Below are positions 43,460 through 55,268 of a stretch of DNA of 64,000 bases, piece after piece. The notes beneath the pieces are model-generated. The model was not told the origin of the DNA. It saw only the letters and a list, made by a program, of their open reading frames with translations, and did not search any database. The stretch is from an uncultured Verrucomicrobiae bacterium. Its GTDB lineage: Bacteria; Verrucomicrobiota; Verrucomicrobiia; Chthoniobacterales; UBA10450. Location: positions 576,001 through 640,000 of the forward strand of contig CAWIBO010000005.1 in assembly GCA_963834385.1 (NCBI GenBank). The letters are read 5' to 3'. Position numbers and translations under genes: made by a program. Position 1 is the first letter of the stretch; the number at the start of each line of letters is the position of its first letter.

Positions 43460-46213
43460 ATGCCGGCCCATCTCCAGAAAGTCCAGGCCCACGCCGAGCG
43501 CGAGCTGATCGCCGTCGGCGCCGGCCAGCCGGCCGAGGTTCTCGCTTCTTACCGACGCTTTCGCAAGGTGGAGGAACACCGCCTGCGCCTCAAGCACCAG
43601 GCCGGGGGGAGCGGTCGCGAAATCTGCCTGCGGCGCGCCAACCTGATCGACGTGATCCTCGGACACGTTTTCCCCGCCGCCATGACGACCGCGGGGGCTG
43701 ATCCCGAACAGGACCTTGCCCTTTACGCGATCGGCGGCTACGGCCGCGGCGAGCTGAACCCGTCGAGCGATATCGACATCATGTTCCTGCACCAGGCGCA
43801 TTCGAGCGGCGTGCCGCAGAAAATCACCGTCGCGATCGAGAAGGTTCTTTATCTGCTCTGGGACATCGGGTTCAAGGTGGGCCATTCCACGCGCTCGTCC
43901 GCCGAGGCCATCGCCCTGGCCAATTCCGACATGCTGACAAAGACCGCGCTGCTGGAGTCGCGCTTTGTCGCGGGAGACAGAAAGCTGGGCCGCCTTTTTC
44001 GTGACCAGTTCCGCGACCACTGCATCCGGGGGTTCGAGCGCGAGTATATCGAGCAGCGGCTGGAAGACCAGGCGGGCCGCCACGGCAAGTTCGGCAACAG
44101 CGTCTACATGCAGGAACCGCACGTGAAAAACGGCTGTGGCGGCCTGCGCGATTACCAAAATCTGCTTTGGATGACCTATTTCCGGGATGGCGAACTTTCC
44201 ACCACTCCCCTCGTGGGCCGCTCCTGGCTCAGCGAACCTGACCGGCGCCAGCTCGATCGTGCCTATGATTTTCTGCTCCGGGTCCGGACCGACCTTCATT
44301 ACGTCACGGGCAGGGCCACCGATGTGCTCCACCTGAGCCAGCAGGAGCAGCTCGCTCGGCGCCTGCAACCGGCGCGGCGCGGCCGCCTCCTGCAGAGCGA
44401 GTCGTTCATGCGGGACTACTACGGCCACACCCGCAACATTTTCCGGGTCACGGAGCGCATCACTGCCCAGTTTTCGCGCGGGGCGGCCTCCGGGCGTCTC
44501 CGCGCCCTTCTCGATTTCCTTCCTCGTGTGCGCGCGACTGAGACACGGCTGGGCGCCTTCATTAGCAGCGCCGGGGAGCTGGCGCTGGCCAGGCCGGAAG
44601 CGCTCCAGGAAAATCCGGAACTTTTGATGGAGGGGTTCGAGGTCATCCAGGAACACAATCTTTCCCTGAACCCCGAGCTGGAAGCGGCCTACGCACGAGC
44701 TCTTCCCCGGGTCACCCGCTCCTACCAATATGCGCCGGCTCCGCGTGACCTTTTCAAAAAGATGCTCAGCCGGAAAGGCGAGGTCGCCCGCGTTCTCCGG
44801 CATATGCATCGGGTTGATTTCCTGGGCCGATACCTGCCGGAGTTCGGCCAGCTCACCTGCCTGGTGCAGCATGAATTTTTTCATCGTTACACCGCAGACG
44901 AGCACACGCTTGTCTGCCTCGACAAGCTTGATGCCCTGACCGTGACCGAGGAGCCGAAACTCCTCCCTTACCGGAAGCTTTTTGAAACGCTCGAGAATCC
45001 CCTGGTCCTTTACCTGGCCCTGCTGCTCCACGACACCGGGCGTGCCGTGCGCGCGCATCCGCATGCGGAAGCCAGCGCTGTCTTCGCCCAGCGGGTGGCC
45101 AACCGCCTGCAACTGCCTCCGGCAGACCGGCGCTCCCTGGTCCTGCTGGTCGACCATCACATCACCCTCTCCAAGATGGCGCAGCATCGGAACCTCGATG
45201 ATCCGCAGACCGCCATCGAGTTTGCCGGCATCGTCCGGGACCAGCGGAACCTCGACGCGCTCATGTTGCTGACCCTGGCCGACGGGCAGGGCACGAGCGC
45301 CGAAGGCTGGTCCGACTGGAAAGAGACGCTGGTCTGGGAGCTTTACCACGCGACCACGCAGTATTTTACCGACCAGGCCGCGTTCTTCGAGGCGCGCCGC
45401 ATCGAGCGGGAGGAACTGCAACGCGAAGTGTCCGCCCTGCTTGCGCCTGACTTCGCCGATGAGATCGAGGCCCACTTCGAGCATATGCCCGACAATTACC
45501 TGCGCGCTTTTCCGCCGCCCGCCATTGCGCAGCACCTGCGTCTCTGCCGCACCTATCTCGCCAACGTCTACACGAAAGGTCATTCCCCCCTGGTCCCGGC
45601 ACTGCACTGGGAAGCCTTTCCGCGCGAAGGTTCAAGTGTGGTGGCCTTTTGCAGCATTGATCGCCCGCAACTGCTGGCGAAGATCGCCGGCTCCTTTTCG
45701 ATCATTCCGCTCAACATTCTCAGCGCCGATATTTACACCCGGGGCGACAGCCTGGTGCTGAACGTTTTCCGCGTCTGCACCAGCCGCGGCGAGGCCGTCA
45801 GTGACGCGTCCGACATTGCGAAGGTGGAGATGACGCTGGGGACCGCCCTGGAAGACAACCGCTTTGAGTTCGGCCCGGTCCTGAAGCGGGCCCGCCGGCG
45901 TCGCGCAACCGTGCTGGCCGGCGACATCGATTTTCCCACGCGGATCAGCGCGGACAACCGGGCGCACCCGGGCTACACGCTGCTGCACGTTGAAACGCCG
46001 GATCGCCTCGGGCTTCTCTTTGATCTGCTGGCCTGTCTTGACCGCGAGGGCGTTTACATCGCCTTTTCGCGCATCAGCACCGAGAAAGGAGCGGCCATCG
46101 ACACCTTTTACATTCTCGACAGCCGGACCCGGGCAAAGATCACCGAGCAGGGCCGGATTGCCTCCCTGCAAAACAGTCTGCAGGCGGCGATCGAGCCGGC
46201 GGCGGCGCGCTGA
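43460..46213 (+). CDS. glnD: [Protein-PII] uridylyltransferase / uridylyl-removing enzyme
   Basis: AIGGYGRGEL.P.SDID (nucleotidyltransferase), K.G.GGLRD, HRYTADEH and LLHD (HD domain), two ACT domains (DRPQLL, DRLGLL). Confidence 0.95.
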   Translation: MPAHLQKVQAHAERELIAVGAGQPAEVLASYRRFRKVEEHRLRLKHQAGGSGREICLRRANLIDVILGHVFPAAMTTAGADPEQDLALYAIGGYGRGELNPSSDIDIMFLHQAHSSGVPQKITVAIEKVLYLLWDIGFKVGHSTRSSAEAIALANSDMLTKTALLESRFVAGDRKLGRLFRDQFRDHCIRGFEREYIEQRLEDQAGRHGKFGNSVYMQEPHVKNGCGGLRDYQNLLWMTYFRDGELSTTPLVGRSWLSEPDRRQLDRAYDFLLRVRTDLHYVTGRATDVLHLSQQEQLARRLQPARRGRLLQSESFMRDYYGHTRNIFRVTERITAQFSRGAASGRLRALLDFLPRVRATETRLGAFISSAGELALARPEALQENPELLMEGFEVIQEHNLSLNPELEAAYARALPRVTRSYQYAPAPRDLFKKMLSRKGEVARVLRHMHRVDFLGRYLPEFGQLTCLVQHEFFHRYTADEHTLVCLDKLDALTVTEEPKLLPYRKLFETLENPLVLYLALLLHDTGRAVRAHPHAEASAVFAQRVANRLQLPPADRRSLVLLVDHHITLSKMAQHRNLDDPQTAIEFAGIVRDQRNLDALMLLTLADGQGTSAEGWSDWKETLVWELYHATTQYFTDQAAFFEARRIEREELQREVSALLAPDFADEIEAHFEHMPDNYLRAFPPPAIAQHLRLCRTYLANVYTKGHSPLVPALHWEAFPREGSSVVAFCSIDRPQLLAKIAGSFSIIPLNILSADIYTRGDSLVLNVFRVCTSRGEAVSDASDIAKVEMTLGTALEDNRFEFGPVLKRARRRRATVLAGDIDFPTRISADNRAHPGYTLLHVETPDRLGLLFDLLACLDREGVYIAFSRISTEKGAAIDTFYILDSRTRAKITEQGRIASLQNSLQAAIEPAAAR

Positions 46214-46267
46214 GGCGCCTGTATTCCACTGGCCGATTGGCCGGCCCCGGCTACCATGCTACCCGCA

Positions 46268-47017
46268 ATGAACGTTCTTATTCTCGCCGCCGGTTACGCC
46301 ACCCGCCTTTACCCGCTCACGGAGAACAAGGCCAAGCCCCTGCTCGAGGTTGCAGGCAAGCCGATGATCGAATGGGTGCTGGACAACCTCGCCCCGGTGC
46401 CCGGGCTCGGCGTCATCTACGTGGTGACAAACAACAAGTTCGCCCGGGACTTCGAGGCCTGGGCGGAACAATACCGTGCGCGGCAACCGCGGATGTCCTT
46501 CAAGATCATCAACGACGGCTCGACCAGCGACGACGACAAGCTGGGCGCGATCGGCGACATCAACCTCGTGATCACGCGCGAGAGCCTGAGCGGTGATGAT
46601 CTGCTGGTGGTGGCGGGTGACAACCTTTTCAGCGAACCGCTCACCGGATTCGTGGAGGCGGCGCGGCAATCCGATGCCCTCCTGGCCACCTATGACGTAG
46701 GCGACCTGGAAGCGATCAGGAAATACAGCAGCATCAGCGTGGACGGCGACGGCGTGATCACCGAGTTCGAGGAGAAGCCGGCCGATCCGAAGAGCACCAT
46801 CACCGGCATCGCGCTCTACTATTTCTCGCGCAAGGTCGTCCCGATGTTTACCACCTACGTCGTGGCCGGAAACAACCCGGACCAGCCCGGCCGCTTCGTC
46901 CAGTGGCTCTACCGCCGGCAACCGGTTCGCACCTTCCAGATCAAGGGCACCTGGTTCGATATCGGGAGCCGGGAAACGCTGGAAGAAGCCAACCGGATTT
47001 TTGCCGACTTTAAGTAG
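46268..47017 (+). CDS. Sugar-phosphate nucleotidyltransferase (NTP_transferase family)
   Basis: ILAAGYATRLYPLT..KAKPLL, VAGDN, FEEKP and WFDIG. Confidence 0.9.
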   Translation: MNVLILAAGYATRLYPLTENKAKPLLEVAGKPMIEWVLDNLAPVPGLGVIYVVTNNKFARDFEAWAEQYRARQPRMSFKIINDGSTSDDDKLGAIGDINLVITRESLSGDDLLVVAGDNLFSEPLTGFVEAARQSDALLATYDVGDLEAIRKYSSISVDGDGVITEFEEKPADPKSTITGIALYYFSRKVVPMFTTYVVAGNNPDQPGRFVQWLYRRQPVRTFQIKGTWFDIGSRETLEEANRIFADFK

Positions 47018-47023
47018 ACCCGG

Positions 47024-47458
47024 TCACTTGAGACGGCCTTCGTCAAATTCGATCAGGTCGAAGTAGGTCCGGATATCCTTGCGCTCGCTCCCGCCGGCTT
47101 CCTTGAGAAAATGCAGGAAGCGGGCCCGCTTGGCCGCGGTGTCCGGTGTGCGCGAGACCATGGCCCGGTTCCACTCGTCGATTTCCTCAGGGGAATGGCG
47201 CGCGGCCCGTTCCTCCACCCAGCGGAGAACGGCTTCATCACTCTCCAGCCGGTTGGCCGCCTCCTCGAAGTCATCGCCATCGATCCGGAGAAAAGCGAGG
47301 AGATGTTTGTCGAACCCGACCGTTTTGTAATTGTAGCCGTCGAGCAGGCCGCGCCGGTGCAGCCGCGCCTTGTCGATCAGCCGGGGAAGATGAACGTAGC
47401 CCCCGAGCTTGTCGTAGGGACTGCGTGGTCGCAGCTTCTGCTTCACCCCGGGGAGCAA
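47024..47458 (-). CDS. DUF5069-like protein
   Basis: PRSPYDKLGGYVHLPRLIDKAR...FDLIEFDEGR. Confidence 0.8.
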   Translation of the reverse strand: MLPGVKQKLRPRSPYDKLGGYVHLPRLIDKARLHRRGLLDGYNYKTVGFDKHLLAFLRIDGDDFEEAANRLESDEAVLRWVEERAARHSPEEIDEWNRAMVSRTPDTAAKRARFLHFLKEAGGSERKDIRTYFDLIEFDEGRLK

Positions 47459-47462
47459 AGAC

Positions 47463-48326
47463 TCAGGCCGCCGGGAGCGGCGCGGTCAGAACCAGCTCAC
47501 CCGTTTCCGCAACCGGGTTGATCGGTTTCGCGCTTTCCGGGAGCAGTTCGGCCTGCTTGAGGGATTTGCTGCCAATCACGAGCTGCCCGGTAAAGATTCC
47601 GCCTTTCTCCACCGAGATGGCCCGGGCCGCGACGTCGCCGTCGAGCGAGCCGTTCTTGCGGATGATCACCTCGGTGTCCGCCGTGATCTCGCCGGCCATG
47701 CGGCCCTTGATCTCGATGCTGCGGACGGTGAGGCGGCGGAAAAACTGAACCTCGGCCCTGCGCTCGACCACCACCTGGCCGGCGGTGAGGCGCCCGAGGA
47801 TTTTGCCGGAATAATTAATCGTGGCGGTTTCCTCGCAGGTGAGGTTGCCGCGCAACTTGCCTTCCACCAGGGCCGACCGGCAAATGACGATGTTGCTGCT
47901 GAGATCGCCCCGGGAGGTGACATGGACATCACCATGCGTCCGGATCTTCCGGCTGAAGCTGGTGGTGATCTTGTAATCCTTCAGGTCAATGTGCGCGCTG
48001 CACTTCGGGCAGATGGTCGAATCGGCCGCGCCACTGACTTCCTGCGGTGTCCGGCATTCAAAACATTTCACCACGCTGCTGCGCTGCGGCTTCCAAAGCC
48101 CTTCCAGCCTTCCCAGGATTGAGGAATCGGCCGCGGCCACTTCGGCCGCCGCCGGTTCGTTCAACTTCGATTTCGCCAGCCGGACGGCCGGCTGCTTGGG
48201 CGCGGCGGGCACGTAATGACTGCCGCACTGGCGGCACATCGTGCTCTTGGCCGCGGCGTAGTCCATCTGCTTAAAGCCGCAGTGCGGACATTCCACACTG
48301 ACTTTTGCAGGAGAACTGTGGGCCAC
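47463..48326 (-). CDS. Double zinc-ribbon plus bactofilin (polymer-forming) domain protein
   Basis: CPHC..CRQC and CFEC..CPKC, followed by beta-helical V.G.L.G.L repeats ending VEKGGIFTG. Confidence 0.85.
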   Translation of the reverse strand: MAHSSPAKVSVECPHCGFKQMDYAAAKSTMCRQCGSHYVPAAPKQPAVRLAKSKLNEPAAAEVAAADSSILGRLEGLWKPQRSSVVKCFECRTPQEVSGAADSTICPKCSAHIDLKDYKITTSFSRKIRTHGDVHVTSRGDLSSNIVICRSALVEGKLRGNLTCEETATINYSGKILGRLTAGQVVVERRAEVQFFRRLTVRSIEIKGRMAGEITADTEVIIRKNGSLDGDVAARAISVEKGGIFTGQLVIGSKSLKQAELLPESAKPINPVAETGELVLTAPLPAA

Positions 48327-48350
48327 GGAGCGCTCTGCCGGATAAGGATT

Positions 48351-48914
48351 CTAGCCGCGGGCCGCGAACGCCGGTTTGGGCGATCCGGAATCTTCGTTGC
48401 GCACCACTTCCGGGCGCGGAGCCGCGCTCGGGATCTTGCCGCTGGCCACTTCGGATTTGCCGATAAAGGTGGCGCCTTCCTCGATCACGAGGCGGGCCGC
48501 CTTCAGGTCACCCTGCAGGGTGCAGCGCGATTTCAATTCGCAACGCTCGCCCACCGTGATGTTGCCCTGGACCTTGCCATAGACCGTGATCGACTTGGTT
48601 TTGATTTCGCCGCGAATGTCCGCGTTCTCGCCAATCGTCAGCACGCCGTCGGAATGGATTTCGCCTTCCACCTTGCCGTCAATGAGCAATTCTTTCTGGA
48701 ACTTGATCGAGCCTTTGATTTCCACGTCGCTCGAAAGGACGTCTTTGCCTGAATGGTCGGCCATAATGTTTCTGCTACTGCTGGTTGATGTTGTGGGTGC
48801 TGTTGATTTGATTTCAGGGCGGCTATCCGGCCGCTCTTTCTCCCCTTCGCCGGCGCTCGGCGATCCTTCACTGATCGGCGAGACAGACTTCTGCGGGATG
48901 AATTTTTTCAACAC
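48351..48914 (-). CDS. Bactofilin (polymer-forming cytoskeletal protein); alternative start at 48764
   Basis: DVEIKGSIKF...LLIDGKVEGEI...LTIGENA.IRGEI...LVIEEGATFIG. Confidence 0.92.
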   Translation of the reverse strand: MLKKFIPQKSVSPISEGSPSAGEGEKERPDSRPEIKSTAPTTSTSSSRNIMADHSGKDVLSSDVEIKGSIKFQKELLIDGKVEGEIHSDGVLTIGENADIRGEIKTKSITVYGKVQGNITVGERCELKSRCTLQGDLKAARLVIEEGATFIGKSEVASGKIPSAAPRPEVVRNEDSGSPKPAFAARG

Positions 48915-48919
48915 GCGCC

Positions 48920-48948
48920 ATTATTGAGAGATCGCCCCGCCCTGTCAA
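48920..48948 (-). promoter_or_regulatory. Near-consensus sigma70 promoter of the bactofilin operon
   Basis: TTGACA-N17-AATAAT, ending 5 nt before GTG 48914. Confidence 0.75.
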
Positions 48949-48974
48949 CGCAATCTCCGGGAGAACTTTTAGTT

Positions 48975-50586
48975 TTAAGGAAAATTTTGCGCGCTGTATA
49001 GCTTTTTTGTCCCATTTTGTCCGACCAGCCGAAGAAAAATGGGCGCCCGCCCGGGCTGGCGGGCCAGGATCCCGGCCATGGCCCCGGAGGGCGCCGGGCC
49101 CCCGCTCAAGGCCGCGGCGTTTTCCAGCACCCAGTCGGCCGGCCCCGCCATCACCCAGGCCACCCCGCGTCCCCGCAGGATCGCCTCCGCTTTCCCCGGG
49201 TTCTCCGTAAGGAAGAACTCGGCCGTGGCGAGAATGCCGGGGAGGCTTTCGTGCGAACTGCCGGCCACCCCGGGCTGCCCCGACCAGTAGGCCACAGCCG
49301 GGCTTTCCCACCACGGCGCCAGAAACGGAAGGGTCTGCCCGCTCCTCATCGCCTCCGCCATCTGCCTCGTGTCGCGTGCATCGGCCAGGACCAGGGCGCG
49401 TCGGGCCGATTCTTCCGGGCCGGGCCAAAGCTGGCGGTCCCAGCCGGCGAAGAACGGAAGAAAAGCCAGAAGCACGGCCGGGAGAATGGTTAATGGCCGT
49501 CGGACCGCCTGCAGCAGGACCGGAAGAAGGAAAGCCAGAAGAAGAAGAGCGAACCCGGCCCAGCGCGCCTGCGCCGCCGCCATTGTCCAGGATAAGAAGA
49601 ACAGGATGAAAAGCGCCGGCGGACCGGGCAGCCTTCGTTTCCACGCGAGCACGAGCATGAGCAAAAGAGCGAAGGGAAACAGCCAGCCTGCCCACTCGCG
49701 CCAGACAGGATCCCAGGGCAGCACCGGGGCGAGCTCCTCGATGGCGCCGGCCCAGCGCCGAAAGGCAGCGTCTCCCAGCGGAAGGGAGAATGACGCCCGC
49801 CGCTCGATCGCCAGACCCAGCAGGAGGACACCCCCGAGAACCCCCCAGCCCAGTCGCCGGCCGGCACCGAAAAGTTGGTTTCTCCGGAAAACAAGATGGG
49901 CCAAGAGGAGCCCGAGGAGAAGGACGGCGGGTTCGTAGAACGAGACCCAGAGCGCCATGCCCCAGGCGATGCCGCTGAGGATGGCCCAGAGTCGCGTGGG
50001 CGTTTCGGACAGTCGGAGTTCGGCCACCAGGGCAAGGGTGACAAGCGCAATGAGCAGCCCATGGTGGTCGGGTCGACCCAGCGCTCCGGCGTGGGCCAGG
50101 ATGGGGCTCGTCGGCAAACAGGAGCAGGGCCGGCCACCGCTGGTGAAAAGCGAACCGCAGGGTCCAGGGCCAGAAGATAAGACCGGCCATCAGCGACAGC
50201 AGCGGCGAGACAATGGCACCCGCCAGATCAAGCCAGCCGGCGGTGAATGGCCGCAGCGCCGCTCCTGTCCCGACAATCAAATAATCGAGCGGCGCGGTGG
50301 TGTGCGGCGTAATGCCGGCCGGATGATTCTCGAAGTCGTGATGCCGGATGACGAGGCCGGGAGTCTCCGCGCAAAGCCGGGCGCGGGTCATTCGGGCATA
50401 ACAATCACCATCGACAAAAAAAACGCGGCCGGCGTGGAACACTTCCGGATGGTTCGCCACCCGTGCGCCCAGGAGGAGAAGAAGAAACCCGAGCATCTCG
50501 AGGGCCAGCAGGAAATGGCGGGCCTGCCTGCGCCAGTCGACATGGGAAGGGATCGGCACGGTTTTGCTTTGGAATTCGCCTGTCAC
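48975..50586 (-). CDS. STT3/AglB-like GT-C fold membrane glycosyltransferase (putative oligosaccharyltransferase); frameshift near 50115
   Basis: N-terminal loop DGDCYARM.R..DFENHP.G...H, then LGRPDHH, IEEL.P, many TM helices and a soluble C-domain with APWWESP..AYW. Confidence 0.65.
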
Positions 50587-50617
50587 GCCATGGTCGCGGA
50601 GGCTGCGCCGCGGCGGC

Positions 50618-52546
<1,929 letters not shown>

Positions 52547-52562
52547 GGGCGAGCCGGATTGT

Positions 52563-53021
52563 TCAGCAACGGTCGTGCAACTGGGCGCGCAGGTAACCCT
52601 CGATATCCGCGGCCGGGGCTTTTCGCAAAACATGCTCCAGCCACGCTTCCCTCTCGAAAGCGAGCAGGCGCAGATCCCAGACACAACCAACCGGGCCGCC
52701 CGCCGGCGCGGGCACCAGCGCGGTCGGGTCGTCCACCGCCGAAACGAAGAGATGCTGCATCAGTTCGTTTTCGTTCGCCCAATAATCGAGAAAAACGAAG
52801 TTGCTGTCGCGTCCGTCGTGCACGCCGAGAAAACCCACCCCATGATGCGGCTGCCCGACCTGGGGCAGAATGTGCGTGGCCACCCTGAGCGCGGCCTCGA
52901 CCAGCTCCAGCCGCGGCTCCTCCCGTTCGTAGGCGATCCCGTAGATCTTGATTTGAAAACCCGCGATCGTCCGCAGCTCAAGGAACCGGATCGGCCGCTT
53001 CGCATAGGCGCGGAAGTCCAC
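52563..53021 (-). CDS. Conserved hypothetical protein
   Basis: Coherent 152-aa ORF in operon position; GVGFLGVHDG, DYW..ENEL and CVWDL..LAFER.AW motifs. Confidence 0.7.
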   Translation of the reverse strand: MDFRAYAKRPIRFLELRTIAGFQIKIYGIAYEREEPRLELVEAALRVATHILPQVGQPHHGVGFLGVHDGRDSNFVFLDYWANENELMQHLFVSAVDDPTALVPAPAGGPVGCVWDLRLLAFEREAWLEHVLRKAPAADIEGYLRAQLHDRC

Positions 53022-53033
53022 CCCGGGTTCTCC

Positions 53034-54295
53034 TCAGCCGGCGGGCTGAATCACGCCGCTGACTTCGCCGAACCCGACGCGATAACCATCGCCTTCGCTC
53101 CAACCCGTGAGCGTCAGCTCATCGCCATCCTCCAGCCACTTGCGCTGTTCGCCCCCGGGCAGGGAGAGCGGATTGGCGCCACGCCAGGTGAGCTCGAGCA
53201 TGCACCCGCGCGAATCCTCGGTCGGGCCGCTGATGGTGCCGCTCGCGAGCATGTCACCGGGCTGCATATTGCAGCCGTTGACCGTGTGATGCGCGAGCTG
53301 CTGCGCAATGCTCCAGTAGAGATTGTTGAAATTTGATTGGGTGATCGTGACCGCCTCCTTCATCGAGGAGGATCGCAGGCGCGCCTCGAGCCTGATGTCG
53401 TAGGTAAAATCATTCGCGGCTTTCAGATAGGAAAGCGGCGCCGGGTCCTGCGCCGGGAGCGGCCGGCGGAACGGCTCGAGCGCGTCCAGGGTCACGATCC
53501 AGGGCGAAACGCTGCTGCAAAAATTCTTGGCCAGGAACGGACCAAGAGGCTGGTATTCCCATGTCTGCAGGTCGCGTGCGCTCCAGTCATTCATCAGGAC
53601 CATGCCAAAGATATGGTCCGCGGCCTTTTCCACCGGGATCGGTTCGCCCAGGGCGTTGCCGGGACCGACGAGGAACGCCATCTCGAGTTCGTAGTCGAAG
53701 GCGCGGGTTGCGGAAAAAATGGGAGCGTCATGGTCCGGCGGTTTGATCTGTCCCTTTGGGCCGCCGGACCGGTTGACCGCTGACCACGATGGAACTGGCC
53801 CGGCCGTGATAGGCCACCGGCAGCCATTTCCAGTTTGGCATCAGGGCGTTGTCCGCCCCGCGCAGCATGGTGCCGACATTGTGGGCATGATGATAGGACG
53901 AGTAGAAATCGGTGTAATTCCCCACCCGCACCGGCAACTGCAGGGTCACCTCCCGCTGTGCGTGAAGCGCGCGCGCGCGCAGCGCCTTGTCATCACGCAG
54001 TTTTCCCGAAGTGTCGGCGAGCAGCCCCTGCACCGTCTCGCGCACGGCCCGCCAGGCCGGCCGGCCCATGGCCAGGAAAGGATTCAGTGCGTCGAGGGCA
54101 AAGATATTCCCCTCGCCCAGCGGCGCCTTGCCGAAGAGACCGGCCTCGTGCAGCACCGCGAGGTCCAGCACCTGGTCGCCGATCGCCACTCCTGCCCGCG
54201 CTGTTCCCTCTCGCGGCCGAAAAACTCCAAAGGGCAGGTTATGGATCGAGAAAGTGGGATTCGGGGGCAATCTCGAGAAAGGAAGTCAGGCTCAT
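53034..54295 (-). CDS. fahA: Fumarylacetoacetase (frameshifts near 54250 and 53715-53750)
   Basis: F.IHNLPFG, YTDFYSS..HA.NVG, PVAYHGRASS, DYELEM, MNDWSARDLQ.WEY.PLGPFLAK and ASGTISG. Confidence 0.93.
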
Positions 54296-55218
54296 GGCAT
54301 CAGTTGCAGTCCGCGCAGGTCGTCGTTGGGTTCATCAAAGCTGCAGCTTCCGAAAGAAGTCACCAGGCGGCGGTGCTGCAGGACCGCGGCCAGCGGAACG
54401 TCGCGGTCGCGCCAGGAGAACGCTTCATCGGTAAAGTGAAAGTGGATCGGATCCTCGTCGGCCAGCACCTCTTGCACCTGCTTTTCGTCGAGCCGGTGTT
54501 CGAGCGCAAGAACGCCCGCGCCGAGGACGTTCAGGAAGCCGTGCATTTCCGTCTCGACGCTTTGGTGATAGCGGCGCACCGGATGATGCAGGCCGGCGGT
54601 GAACTTGATCGGCGTCTCCGTGCGCGCGGCCGCCACCAGGGCAGCCGCGACCTGTTCCAGGGAAGGAAAAGCCGCCGCGATCACGCCACCGGTTCGCAAC
54701 TTGAAGCCGGCCTTGCGCTCCGCGTCGCTGCGGTCGTTATACTGCGAAAGGATGGCGATGGTCGGCGCGGCTGCCTCCGGCGGCGCTTCAAAAAAGCATT
54801 GCAGCCCGAGGGCGCCGAGCATCTCCTCCGCGTGCTCGAACAATTCCACCCCGGCCCCCGGCGGCAGCGGCATTTCCAATTGGGTGATCAGGGCCGCGCC
54901 CTGGTGCGCCGTGTTAAAGCCACGGATGGCATCGGCCATCGACCGGAGGCTCTCGGCGAAATCATTGGCATCTGCTGTCTTCACCCCAAGAGCCGAAACC
55001 AGGAGCGGCTTTTCCCGTTCGAATCTTCCGACCTCCCGGCCCGCGGCATCAAACTGGGCCAGAGGCAGGACAAACGCCCCCAGCATCCATGATTCCGGCG
55101 CCCGGACATACCGCGCGTGATTGGCCAGGGCCGGCTCGAGCTCGAGGTTGGCCGGCGGAAAAAGACCGGCGTAATCAAGGGAACGGGCCAGGAGGGCGCG
55201 GAGAGTGGCGGCTGGCAT
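54292..55218 (-). CDS. Conserved hypothetical protein coupled to fahA
   Basis: LDYAGLFPPA.L, FKLRTGG...FP, KFTAGLHHP, HGFLNV and SFGSCSFDEP; ATGA overlap with fahA. Confidence 0.8.
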   Translation of the reverse strand: MPAATLRALLARSLDYAGLFPPANLELEPALANHARYVRAPESWMLGAFVLPLAQFDAAGREVGRFEREKPLLVSALGVKTADANDFAESLRSMADAIRGFNTAHQGAALITQLEMPLPPGAGVELFEHAEEMLGALGLQCFFEAPPEAAAPTIAILSQYNDRSDAERKAGFKLRTGGVIAAAFPSLEQVAAALVAAARTETPIKFTAGLHHPVRRYHQSVETEMHGFLNVLGAGVLALEHRLDEKQVQEVLADEDPIHFHFTDEAFSWRDRDVPLAAVLQHRRLVTSFGSCSFDEPNDDLRGLQLMP

Positions 55219-55268
55219 CGCTTCAACACAACGTCCCAAGAGAGGCCCTCGTCAACCGTCTCCCGCAG

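Noticed and set aside
50553..50568. CGGCACGGTTTTGC as a sigma54 promoter
   Set aside because: Spacing is GG-N9-GC rather than N10, and it lies antisense within a CDS.
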